Of a stretch of 64,000 nt of DNA, positions 9,447 through 18,171 are shown one piece after another. The DNA lies in assembly GCA_045606105.1 (NCBI GenBank), contig JAZURI010000002.1:64001-128000 (forward strand), written 5' to 3'. Both the position numbers and the translations under genes were made by a program. Every line of letters begins with the position of its first letter. Positions within the stretch are counted from its first letter, which is position 1. The notes beneath the pieces were generated by a model. That model ran no database searches, was not told the DNA's origin, and was given only the letters and a program-made list of their open reading frames with translations. Source of the DNA: Spirochaetia bacterium. Lineage in GTDB: Bacteria > Spirochaetota > Spirochaetia > CADAEX01.

Positions 9447-10082
9447 ATGAAGAAAATATACATAGTAGGTGGAAATGGTTTCGCAAGAGAATGTTATCTT
9501 TATCTTCTCTGGACCTGCCAGGCTAACCCGGAAATTCAGTTTGCAGGATTTCTTGGGCATGGCGGTTACGGACATACTGTGGATTACAAGAATCTTCAGG
9601 AGTTTTATAAAGGTGAAGTTGCAGACCATATTTTTAACATTGATGAATATGTTGTAATAGGAGCTGGTTATCCTGAATTAAGACAAAAGATTTATAATGA
9701 ACTTAAAGCACGTAATGTCCAGTTCTTTAATTTAATTCCACCATATGTATATATTAATTCTACCATTAATCTTGGAGAAGGAAATGTTTTTGTAGCTCCT
9801 TTCACAGCTACTGTTAATATTAAAATAGGGAATGGCAATGTTTTCAATGGTGGTGTTGTAGTTGGACATGATGCTGTAATAGGAGACTGTAATTTCTTCG
9901 GCCCGAGAAGCCAAATTCTCGGAGGTGTTAAAATAGGTAACAATAACCAAGTCGGGGCAGGTAGTATTCTTCTTCCTAAAGCAAAAATAGGCAACAATAA
10001 TATAATTGCACCTTTGAGTGCAGTATATAAAGGTTGTAAAGACAACTGCCACATGTTGGGAAATCCGGCATTAAAAGTATAA
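9447..10082 (+). CDS. NeuD/PglD/VioB-family sugar acyltransferase
   Basis: N-terminal IVGGNGFARE, hexapeptide repeats, VGHD catalytic His and GNPA. Confidence 0.85.
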   Translation: MKKIYIVGGNGFARECYLYLLWTCQANPEIQFAGFLGHGGYGHTVDYKNLQEFYKGEVADHIFNIDEYVVIGAGYPELRQKIYNELKARNVQFFNLIPPYVYINSTINLGEGNVFVAPFTATVNIKIGNGNVFNGGVVVGHDAVIGDCNFFGPRSQILGGVKIGNNNQVGAGSILLPKAKIGNNNIIAPLSAVYKGCKDNCHMLGNPALKV

Positions 10083-10092
10083 TATATTAATT

Positions 10093-12534
10093 ATGAATAA
10101 TATTAATCTAGTTACAATAAATAAAAGCAATTGCGTAGGATGTAATGCATGTTTTAACATATGCCCGCAGAATTCCATAAAAATGCTGGAAGATGAAGAG
10201 GGTTTCTTTTATCCGGTTATAAATAAACAATCGTGTATAGATTGTGGACTCTGCTTAAAAGTATGTCCATCTTTACACAAATCTCAGGTTTATGTAGATA
10301 ATTCAGAAAATCCGGATTGTTATGCTGCTATGGGAAACAATGAATTAAGAGCAATAAGTTCATCCGGCGGTGCTTTCTCTGTTATTGCGGACAGAATTTT
10401 TAATATGGGTGGTGTTGTTTGCGGAGCAGCTTTTGTCGGACAGGATGTCAGACACATAATTATTGATAATCCTTCAGAACTTCACCGACTGCGAGGGTCA
10501 AAATATCTTCAGTCTGACACAAATATAATTTTCAGCCAGATTAAGAATATTTTAGATAAAGGAAGAATATTGTTATTTACCGGTACTCCATGTCAGGTTG
10601 CCGGACTTAATCTTTTTTTGGGAAAAAAATACGATAACTTGTTTACTGTTGACCTTCTCTGTCATGGGGTACCTTCACAGAAGGTCTTTGATAAATATCT
10701 GGAAGAGACCATTAAAGAGGGAGAGTTTGTTCATACTTCATTTCGTGATAAAATAGCTGGTTGGAATGTTTATGCTACTACTACTACTACTACTACCCAA
10801 TATCATGAAACTTCATCTGTATCGACCTACCTGCAGGCTTTTTTAAAAAATATGTGTCTAAGACCTAGTTGCGGTACTTGTAAATTCACTTCAACAAAGA
10901 GGGAAGCTGATATAACTATCGGAGATTTCTGGGCAATCGAGCGTTATAAGCCAAGTCTAAATGACAAGAAAGGGACTTCTGTCATTTTATTGAACAGCGA
11001 AAAAGGAAAAGCTCTGTATAACGAAATAAAGTCTGAATTTAAGATACAGGAAAAAGTTCCTATTGAATATGCCAAATGGTTTAACATTTCTTTATACACA
11101 ACACTTAGACAACATCCCAAAAGGCATGTTTTTTTTAAAATGCTGAATGAGGGAAAAACCCTTAAGGAAATCACTGATTATTTCAACAGCAAAAGTTTTG
11201 ATGTCGGAATTATCAATTTCTGGACCTTCAAGAATATGGGAGGAGTTATTCAGACATATGCATTGCAGACAGTTATCAATCAACTTGGATATACCACCTG
11301 CAATATTAATACATTATTCTCTATTGATATTAGAAATAAATATACGGGATCATTTGTTGACAAATTTGCAAGAAAGCATCTGTCCTACACTGAACCATAT
11401 TATTCTTTGCCAGCTTTAAATAAAATTAATGAATATTTTGATACATTTGTATTTGGTTCCGACTGTATTTGGGGAAATTGGTGGACTAAACAAGAAAACT
11501 GTTTAAGATTTTTTGGAAATTTTATAGATTCAAATAAAAAAATCATTTCATATGCTCCGTCGTTTGGTAGCAGTACCTTTAACAGGGCAAATAATATTAC
11601 AAACATTATAAGATATTATCTTAAAAAGTTTGATGCTGTCTCTGTAAGAGAAAAAAGCGGAGTAGACATATTAAAAAATACTTTCGGAATTGACGGTACT
11701 CTTGTTCTTGATCCGACATTGCTTCTTAATGCAGACAAATATGATGAATTGATCAGATTTTCCAAAATGAGTAACAAAAACTATATATTCAATTATTCAA
11801 TAGGCATTAAACAAGATGATATCGCTTATCAAGAAATGATTAAAAAAATTGAAAAAGAGGATATTTTTGCACTGACACAAGATAAACTCGATAATATAAA
11901 TGTTGAAGATTGGCTTTACCTGATAAAAAATGCAAAACTTCTTATTACCAATTCATATCATGCCTGCTGCTTTGCAATAAAATTCAATGTACCATTTTAT
12001 ATTTTTTCCCCTTACGAACTTGATACCACAAGATTTGATTCCTTGCTCAGAATCCTGAATCTGGAGGATAGGATTCTTCGTTCCAAGGAAATTGTGTATA
12101 ACATAAAGGATGTTTATGTTCCTATTGATTGGAATAATGTAAATTCAATTATTAAAAAAGAAGCTGAGCGTTCGATTTCATGGCTGAAAGAAGCTTTGGA
12201 AACACCTAAGGATGTTTCAAAAATCAATCCGGCAGATGATGTGATAAATTTTCTTAACAGCAGGATTTCAATTCTGGAAGAAGAAATAAATAGAAATAAT
12301 AATATTTTAAATGTAATTGATTACAAGAAAAATTATAATCGTTATATGTTATTTCGAATTCTGAAAAAACTTTCCCGTTCTCACGAGAAGAAGCAAAAGT
12401 ATAAAACAAAACAGCAATTTTATTATGCAAAATTAAAAATTACAAAGGAAATAAGAAAAAAAAACAAGCAGAAAAGTACTATCTTTATTGAGGATGTTAT
12501 TGCAATCTTAAAAAAAATATTAAAGAGAAAATAA
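10093..12534 (+). CDS. Fusion of 4Fe-4S dicluster, FrhB/FdhB-like and polysaccharide pyruvyltransferase domains
   Basis: CVGCNACFNICP and CIDCGLCLKVCP; SSSGG, RGSKYLQS, GTPCQ, CHGVPS and ADITIGDFW; then NMGGVIQ, FGSDCIW, SVRE, DPTLLL and TNSYHA. Confidence 0.85.
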   Translation: MNNINLVTINKSNCVGCNACFNICPQNSIKMLEDEEGFFYPVINKQSCIDCGLCLKVCPSLHKSQVYVDNSENPDCYAAMGNNELRAISSSGGAFSVIADRIFNMGGVVCGAAFVGQDVRHIIIDNPSELHRLRGSKYLQSDTNIIFSQIKNILDKGRILLFTGTPCQVAGLNLFLGKKYDNLFTVDLLCHGVPSQKVFDKYLEETIKEGEFVHTSFRDKIAGWNVYATTTTTTTQYHETSSVSTYLQAFLKNMCLRPSCGTCKFTSTKREADITIGDFWAIERYKPSLNDKKGTSVILLNSEKGKALYNEIKSEFKIQEKVPIEYAKWFNISLYTTLRQHPKRHVFFKMLNEGKTLKEITDYFNSKSFDVGIINFWTFKNMGGVIQTYALQTVINQLGYTTCNINTLFSIDIRNKYTGSFVDKFARKHLSYTEPYYSLPALNKINEYFDTFVFGSDCIWGNWWTKQENCLRFFGNFIDSNKKIISYAPSFGSSTFNRANNITNIIRYYLKKFDAVSVREKSGVDILKNTFGIDGTLVLDPTLLLNADKYDELIRFSKMSNKNYIFNYSIGIKQDDIAYQEMIKKIEKEDIFALTQDKLDNINVEDWLYLIKNAKLLITNSYHACCFAIKFNVPFYIFSPYELDTTRFDSLLRILNLEDRILRSKEIVYNIKDVYVPIDWNNVNSIIKKEAERSISWLKEALETPKDVSKINPADDVINFLNSRISILEEEINRNNNILNVIDYKKNYNRYMLFRILKKLSRSHEKKQKYKTKQQFYYAKLKITKEIRKKNKQKSTIFIEDVIAILKKILKRK
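10775..10796 (+). repeat. (CTA)7 in-frame microsatellite encoding poly-Thr
   Basis: ctactactactactactactac, translated as ATTTTTTT. Confidence 0.9.
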
Positions 12535-12548
12535 GCTCTGAATCAGGT
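12533..12548 (+). repeat. Right direct repeat of the glycan island
   Basis: AAGCTCTGAATCAGGT, 15/16 identical to 4193-4208. Contains the mutL stop (TCA, 12543-12545). Confidence 0.85.
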
Positions 12549-14231
12549 ACGTCCTATAAGCTCGTAAAGCTTCTCCTTTGTCAGTTCCACATAGAGAGGT
12601 CTTCCGTGGGGACATCTGGGCAGCGGCATTTTAAATACCTTTCCGATAAGCTCCATAGCCTTTTCATAATCTATACTGTCGCCTGCCTTGATTGATTTTT
12701 TGCAGGCAGCCCTTGCGTAAAGCTCTGTTTTGATATTTTCTATATTTCCTTTCTGGGAAATGATAAGCTCTAGTACATCATTCTTCAGTTCGAAAAAAGA
12801 TGTGGGCAATGCATCAACATAGAGGGAACCCCCTTCATCCTTCCTGATTGATATACCTATGGTGTCGTAAAGCGGAATGTTTTTTTCTATCATTTCCAGT
12901 ATTTCATTATCTGCTTCAAGATAAAAAGGGAGAAGGAGAGGCTGGATATTGTCCTTTTCTTCAAGGAAGTTGTTATAGAAAAAACGCTCCTGGCTTGCAT
13001 GCTGGTCGATTATATAGAGGGTTCCGTCCTTTTCACAAAGGAGAAAGCAACCGAAAATCTGACCCAGATATCTGAAATCAACCGGCTCTGTTCTGTGAAT
13101 CGGTACGGCAGGTCTCTCCCGGAGCAGGGATATTTCCTTTTCGGCCGGTTTTGAGAAGCTGTAATGAAATTCGGTTTTTTTTCTTTCATTCGTTTTTTCC
13201 GCTGCAATACTTTTAATCAGCTCCGGGGCCTTGTATTCAAATTTTTTTTCAGACGGGGCATCCATGCATTTTGCCAGAGCCTCCACCACCGCATGATGAA
13301 TTGAAGGAAGATTCTTTATCTTGACCTCCTTCTTGGCCGGATGAATGTTGAAATCCACCAGAGATGGTTCTATTTCAAGATACAGGAATGCGGCCGGATA
13401 TGTTCCTCCCGGAAAAAACGGTGCCAGCCCGTAACAGATGGCCTGAACAAGCGAAAATTCCTGTATGCACCGGCGGTTTACATAAATCTTTATATATTTC
13501 CTGTCCCGTCTTGAGTATTCAACTCCCGGAAAATAGATATCAAAGCTGAATCCTTCCCCTGAACCGGCTGTCTCATGGTAAAGCTTTTCAGGCACAAGGG
13601 CAGGATATGCAGCCGCAATACGCTCCCGCATTGAACCGGCAGGAAGAAACATGCTCAGTTTTCCGTCAACAACAAGCCTGAAGCTTATATCGGGAAAAGC
13701 GGCTGCCTTTTCAATAAAGACATTTCTGCAGCCTGCACCCTCAGAAACCGTACTTTTGAGGAATTTTTTTCTTGCAGGGAGGTAGCAGAACAGATCCCGT
13801 ACCGTAACCACAGTCCCCTTGTTTGATTTTCCGGCACCGAACCTTGTTATCTTTCCGCCGTCCACGGCAATTTCATTGCCCGATTCGCCGTCAGTTGAGG
13901 TAACTATTTCCAGGCGTCCCGAAGCAGCTATGCTGGAGAGGGCTTCCCCCCTGAAACCCATTGTCCTGATGCTGAACAGGTCTTCGGCAGTTTCAAGCTT
14001 GGAGGTGGCGTGGGGAAGAAAGCAGATTTCCAGGTCTTCACGGCTCATGCCGCATCCGTTGTCGGTAACCTTTATTTCCTTTATTCCTCCGTCACGGATA
14101 TAGACTGAAATTTCGGTACTTCCCGCATCTATGGAATTATCAAGAAGCTCCCTTACTACTGATGCTGTTCTGTCAATAACCTCACCGGCAGCTATTCTGG
14201 AAGCTGTAAGTTTATCGAGTATCTTTATCAT
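12543..14231 (-). CDS. mutL: DNA mismatch repair protein MutL
   Basis: IAAGEVI, ELLDNSIDAG, GFRGEAL, DFNIHPAK, DQHA, ACK and CPHGRP. Confidence 0.96.
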   Translation of the reverse strand: MIKILDKLTASRIAAGEVIDRTASVVRELLDNSIDAGSTEISVYIRDGGIKEIKVTDNGCGMSREDLEICFLPHATSKLETAEDLFSIRTMGFRGEALSSIAASGRLEIVTSTDGESGNEIAVDGGKITRFGAGKSNKGTVVTVRDLFCYLPARKKFLKSTVSEGAGCRNVFIEKAAAFPDISFRLVVDGKLSMFLPAGSMRERIAAAYPALVPEKLYHETAGSGEGFSFDIYFPGVEYSRRDRKYIKIYVNRRCIQEFSLVQAICYGLAPFFPGGTYPAAFLYLEIEPSLVDFNIHPAKKEVKIKNLPSIHHAVVEALAKCMDAPSEKKFEYKAPELIKSIAAEKTNERKKTEFHYSFSKPAEKEISLLRERPAVPIHRTEPVDFRYLGQIFGCFLLCEKDGTLYIIDQHASQERFFYNNFLEEKDNIQPLLLPFYLEADNEILEMIEKNIPLYDTIGISIRKDEGGSLYVDALPTSFFELKNDVLELIISQKGNIENIKTELYARAACKKSIKAGDSIDYEKAMELIGKVFKMPLPRCPHGRPLYVELTKEKLYELIGRT

Positions 14232-14294
14232 TGATTTATTTTACACCATGATTTTTTAATTTACAACAACCATTATTGGTAATATAATCAAGCC
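14232..14294. promoter_or_regulatory. Divergent leaderless promoters for mutL and hydF
   Basis: Plus strand TTTACA-17-TATAAT-6-ATG; minus strand TTGTAA-17-TAAAAT-6-ATG. The two -35 boxes overlap. Confidence 0.7.
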
Positions 14295-15494
14295 ATGAAC
14301 AATACACCGACCTCTGAAAGGACACATATAGCAATATTCGGCAGAAGGAATGCCGGAAAATCAAGTATAATCAATGCAGTTACAGGGCAGGATCTTGCCG
14401 TTGTCTCAGATGTGAAGGGAACTACCACCGACCCTGTTTCAAAAGCCATGGAACTTCTTCCCCTGGGACCTGTGGTCATCATCGATACTCCGGGTCTGGA
14501 TGATGTGGGGGCACTGGGAGAGCTCAGGGTAAAAAAAGCATATCAGATCCTCAACAAGACAGACATTGCACTTCTTGTTATTGACGTTCAGGAGGGCTTT
14601 TCCGGCGAGGACGAAAAAATCCTTGAAAGAATCAAGTCCAAGAATATCCCTTACATTACAGTCATGAACAAGGTCGACCTTCTGGATGAAATTCCTGCAG
14701 ATTCAGATAAAACGATATGGGTCAGCTCCGTAAGCGGCTACAATATAAACAAGCTCAAGGAGCTTATGGCGGTTCAGATGAAGCAGGATGATTCCGGAAA
14801 GAAGATAGTTGGGGACCTTGTTTCAGCCGGTGATTCGGTTATCCTGGTGGTTCCCATCGACAAGGCTGCTCCCAAGGGGCGTCTCATACTTCCGCAGCAG
14901 CAGACAATCAGGGATCTTCTGGACCACGGTGTTTCTGCTGTTGTATGCAAGGAAAACAACCTGAAGGAGACTCTGGAAAATCTCAGGAAAAAGCCTGCCA
15001 TGGTAATTACCGACAGCCAGGTCTTCAATGTGGTTTCACCTATAGTACCGAAGGATATTCCGCTGACCTCCTTTTCCATCCTTTTTGCCCGTTACAAGGG
15101 TAATCTCAGTCTGGCGGTCAAAGGGGTGGCAGCCCTGAAAAACCTTAAGGACGGGGACAAGGTTCTTATTGCAGAGGGGTGTACCCATCACAGGCAGTGC
15201 AACGATATCGGTTCGGTGAAGATTCCGGCCTGGATCAGGCAGTGTACCGGGAAGGAGATAAAATTTGAATTTACCAGCGGTACCGAATTTCCCGATTCCC
15301 TTTCGGAATACAGTCTGATAGTACACTGCGGCGGATGCATGCTGAATGAACGGGAGGTGAAGTACAGATTAAGCTGTGCCCGGGATGAAGGAATCCCTGT
15401 AACAAATTACGGTATTCTCATTGCCTATGTTACAGGTATCCTGAAAAGAAGCGTGGAGATATTTCCCGATATTGCGGCTGAAATAGCCGATTAA
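14295..15494 (+). CDS. hydF: [FeFe]-hydrogenase maturation GTPase HydF
   Basis: GRRNAGKS, DTPG, NKVD, PKGRLILPQQQ, ITDSQ, EGCTHH and HCGGC. Confidence 0.95.
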   Translation: MNNTPTSERTHIAIFGRRNAGKSSIINAVTGQDLAVVSDVKGTTTDPVSKAMELLPLGPVVIIDTPGLDDVGALGELRVKKAYQILNKTDIALLVIDVQEGFSGEDEKILERIKSKNIPYITVMNKVDLLDEIPADSDKTIWVSSVSGYNINKLKELMAVQMKQDDSGKKIVGDLVSAGDSVILVVPIDKAAPKGRLILPQQQTIRDLLDHGVSAVVCKENNLKETLENLRKKPAMVITDSQVFNVVSPIVPKDIPLTSFSILFARYKGNLSLAVKGVAALKNLKDGDKVLIAEGCTHHRQCNDIGSVKIPAWIRQCTGKEIKFEFTSGTEFPDSLSEYSLIVHCGGCMLNEREVKYRLSCARDEGIPVTNYGILIAYVTGILKRSVEIFPDIAAEIAD

Positions 15495-17347
15495 TCGTAG
15501 TATTTTTCCTTATATACGGCTCTCGGATAATAGTGCCTGAGTATTTCTTCAGCACTGTAGCCCTTGTCTGCCATACCGGCGGCACCGCACTGGCTCATTC
15601 CGAAGCCGTGTCCCCATCCGCCCCCTATAAAGGTGAAATAATCGGGAAGGCCGTTTTTTCCGTGTTCGTATTCACAGATAAACAGAAGGCTTTTAAGGCC
15701 GCCCAGCCTGGTTCTGGCCGATCTGCCGGGAATGATCATTTCGCCCCTGGTTCCCACCAGCTTCACATCCTGAACTCTGCCGCTGATGCTTCTTTCCAGC
15801 GGGATTATATCCTTGAGATATCCGATGGTATGCTCAGGATCTGCCAGATTCTGTATATCCTCGCGGGTTACATGGATTGCCCATCTGTAATCGGCAAAGG
15901 AGCTGTATGAATTTACGATACAGCTTGATTCAGGGGGATTTTTCAGCCAATCCTCAAGAAGGGCCGGTGAAAGGGGCTCCTTTCTCTTTTTTTCCATTAT
16001 ATCGGGAACCGGTACCATATAGCTGTTCTGTCCCCATATTCCTGAAGGCTCGTCCGAATATCCGCCGTCGTTATGTGAAAAATAGGCAATAAGAGGTCTT
16101 CCTGTAGGGGTAAGAAGAACGGTACCCCGGGTCTGGTCCACAGCTCTTGATGTCCGTACATCCTCCCAGCTGTAGCCCCTGTAGGCTGTGGCTGTAAAGG
16201 TTACATCGTAATCCCTGTTCTTTCTCTCCTGAAGCCTTGAAAGGATGAATGTCCTGGCTGCAATGGCCTGAGCCTTGAGGGATTCTGCCGGCCATGACGG
16301 AGATATTTCGCCGGGAACCACGCCGTAGAGATAATCATCGATATCCACATGGTTTACCACGGTTATCCTGCTGCTTCTTACAAGGAACTGCATGTTTCCC
16401 CGGTATATGGAACCGTCTCCCATGGTGGTAAGGACATTTCTGCTGCCGTATTCCATCATGCAGCTTTCCATAGTCGAAAATACAAGCTTATCCTTCCTGT
16501 CATAAAAAAGAAGCTGGCCCTTCCGTGTCTTTACCGTAAGGGTTGTACCTGCCTCACCTGTATATTTCTTTCCCGAAAAGATAAGCTCAAAGGGGGCACC
16601 GGACCTGAAAACCACGGATGAGCTTCCTGTGATAATGGCTGCCCGTACATTTATACCACTGGCTGCCGAGGTTTCTGCCGCAAGAACCGGCTTCTGCTGT
16701 CCCGAACCGCCTGTATGGAGAAGCTCCGGAACCCTGGTACCAGCATCTGTTTCCTTACTGAGCTCTTCAATCTTTTCCTTCAGGAAGCTGTAATCAGGTC
16801 TCTGTCCCAGGGCTTTTTTATAAAGGGTCAGTGCTTCCGGCTTCTTGTCAAGCCTTTCCTTTACCTCGGCCAGTGCAACAGCCGCTTCATAATAGGAGCG
16901 CTCAGTCTTAAGGGCACTTCCGAAATATTTTTCCGCCCCGGCCATATCCCCCGATGCCAGCGCACATCTTCCGGCACTGTAATGGCTGATTGCCTTGAAG
17001 ACATTGTTATTATCAAGCTTTGTATAAAATTCTGTAGCCTTGTCATATTCCTTGAGAAGCTCGTGGTACCGGCCGGTATAATAGGCCAGCTCCCCATCTC
17101 TTGTTTCCAATGGATAAAGCTCCCGGGCAATAAGGAGATCACCGCTTTTTACAGCTGCAATAAATCTCAGCCTGATGCTTTTTTCATCATCATAGCGTCC
17201 GAGAATACCGGCTGCCTTATGAGGGTAACCCGATTCAATGTAATATCTGGCTGTATTGTAGGTGTTTTCACGGTCGGAACCGAAAAGTACAGAGGGAAAA
17301 ACCGATAAAAGAAGGAGAAGCGGAAGAATTTTATTCTGTATTTTCAT
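15491..17347 (-). CDS. Exported TPR + SpoIID/LytB lytic transglycosylase-domain protein
   Basis: Signal peptide, TPR-like helices, YLYGVVPGE, ESLKAQAIAART, GWGHGFGMSQ and ILRHYYP. Confidence 0.85.
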   Translation of the reverse strand: MKIQNKILPLLLLLSVFPSVLFGSDRENTYNTARYYIESGYPHKAAGILGRYDDEKSIRLRFIAAVKSGDLLIARELYPLETRDGELAYYTGRYHELLKEYDKATEFYTKLDNNNVFKAISHYSAGRCALASGDMAGAEKYFGSALKTERSYYEAAVALAEVKERLDKKPEALTLYKKALGQRPDYSFLKEKIEELSKETDAGTRVPELLHTGGSGQQKPVLAAETSAASGINVRAAIITGSSSVVFRSGAPFELIFSGKKYTGEAGTTLTVKTRKGQLLFYDRKDKLVFSTMESCMMEYGSRNVLTTMGDGSIYRGNMQFLVRSSRITVVNHVDIDDYLYGVVPGEISPSWPAESLKAQAIAARTFILSRLQERKNRDYDVTFTATAYRGYSWEDVRTSRAVDQTRGTVLLTPTGRPLIAYFSHNDGGYSDEPSGIWGQNSYMVPVPDIMEKKRKEPLSPALLEDWLKNPPESSCIVNSYSSFADYRWAIHVTREDIQNLADPEHTIGYLKDIIPLERSISGRVQDVKLVGTRGEMIIPGRSARTRLGGLKSLLFICEYEHGKNGLPDYFTFIGGGWGHGFGMSQCGAAGMADKGYSAEEILRHYYPRAVYKEKYYD

Positions 17348-18065
17348 TTTTCCTCTTTATTCCTGCAACCTTGGAGAAAATCCTGTCGATCTTGGCCGCT
17401 TCCTCCTTGCAGAGCATGGCCCTGGTGAAGATATCCCTGAAAAAAATCTGCATCTCCTCCGATCCGTCAATCTTGAAAAAGCCGATGCTTCTGAAATTTT
17501 CTATAAGATTTTTTGACACATCCTCAATTTCCTTTACGGAAACCGGGGTAAAGGCATGGACCGGCGGCAGCTTCTGGGATTCCCTGAAGATATGGTAACA
17601 GATGATCTGTACAGCATGGGAAAGGTTAAGGGAAGGAAAATCGTCCGATGTAGGGATGGCTATAACCGCATTGCACAGAGAAAGCTCCTTATCGGTAAGA
17701 CCATGCTTCTCGTTTCCGAAAACCACAGCAATCTCCCCCTCGTCGGTATGACAGAATCTCTCACACATCTCCTCCGGCAGGAAAGTACGGTATTTTCTTT
17801 TCTTTCCCTCTCTCCGGCTGGTCCCCACCGACATCACTGTTCCCTCAAGAGCCTCCTCAAGGGTAGGGGCAAAGACCGCATTCTCGAAAATATCAAAGGC
17901 ATGGACAGACATGTATTCTATGACCTTCCTGTCATATTCCTGCGGCTCGGCTATAACCAGCTTTTCTATACCCATGGTTTTCATGCTTCTGCACACGGCC
18001 CCAATATTTCCGCTTTCATCCGGATGGACAAGAACTATCCTTATCCTTTTCTTGATATCAGTCAT
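17331..18065 (-). CDS. SPOUT RNA methyltransferase (TrmJ/LasT family)
   Basis: GNIGAVCRSMK, VFGNEKHGL and SLNLSHAV. Start set at the ATG at 18065. Confidence 0.88.
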   Translation of the reverse strand: MTDIKKRIRIVLVHPDESGNIGAVCRSMKTMGIEKLVIAEPQEYDRKVIEYMSVHAFDIFENAVFAPTLEEALEGTVMSVGTSRREGKKRKYRTFLPEEMCERFCHTDEGEIAVVFGNEKHGLTDKELSLCNAVIAIPTSDDFPSLNLSHAVQIICYHIFRESQKLPPVHAFTPVSVKEIEDVSKNLIENFRSIGFFKIDGSEEMQIFFRDIFTRAMLCKEEAAKIDRIFSKVAGIKRKNENTE

Positions 18066-18127
18066 GAAATACAATTTATATTAAATATTTCATTTGGGCA
18101 AGAAATTTATGCAAAGTGATTTCCCAC

Positions 18128-18156
18128 TTGACTATCGGTGAAGTGCCTTGTAAAAT
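18128..18156 (+). promoter_or_regulatory. Sigma70 promoter of the phoH operon
   Basis: TTGACT-17-TAAAAT. Confidence 0.6.
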
Positions 18157-18171
18157 TCCATAAAGCCTGAG

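Larger units (their letters stand above)
4197..12548. mobile_element. Putative horizontally acquired glycan-modification island with no mobility gene
   Basis: Visibly AT-richer than the flanks (by eye, not computed). Eight co-directional, tightly coupled genes with their own promoter, bounded by 12-bp direct repeats. Confidence 0.7.
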
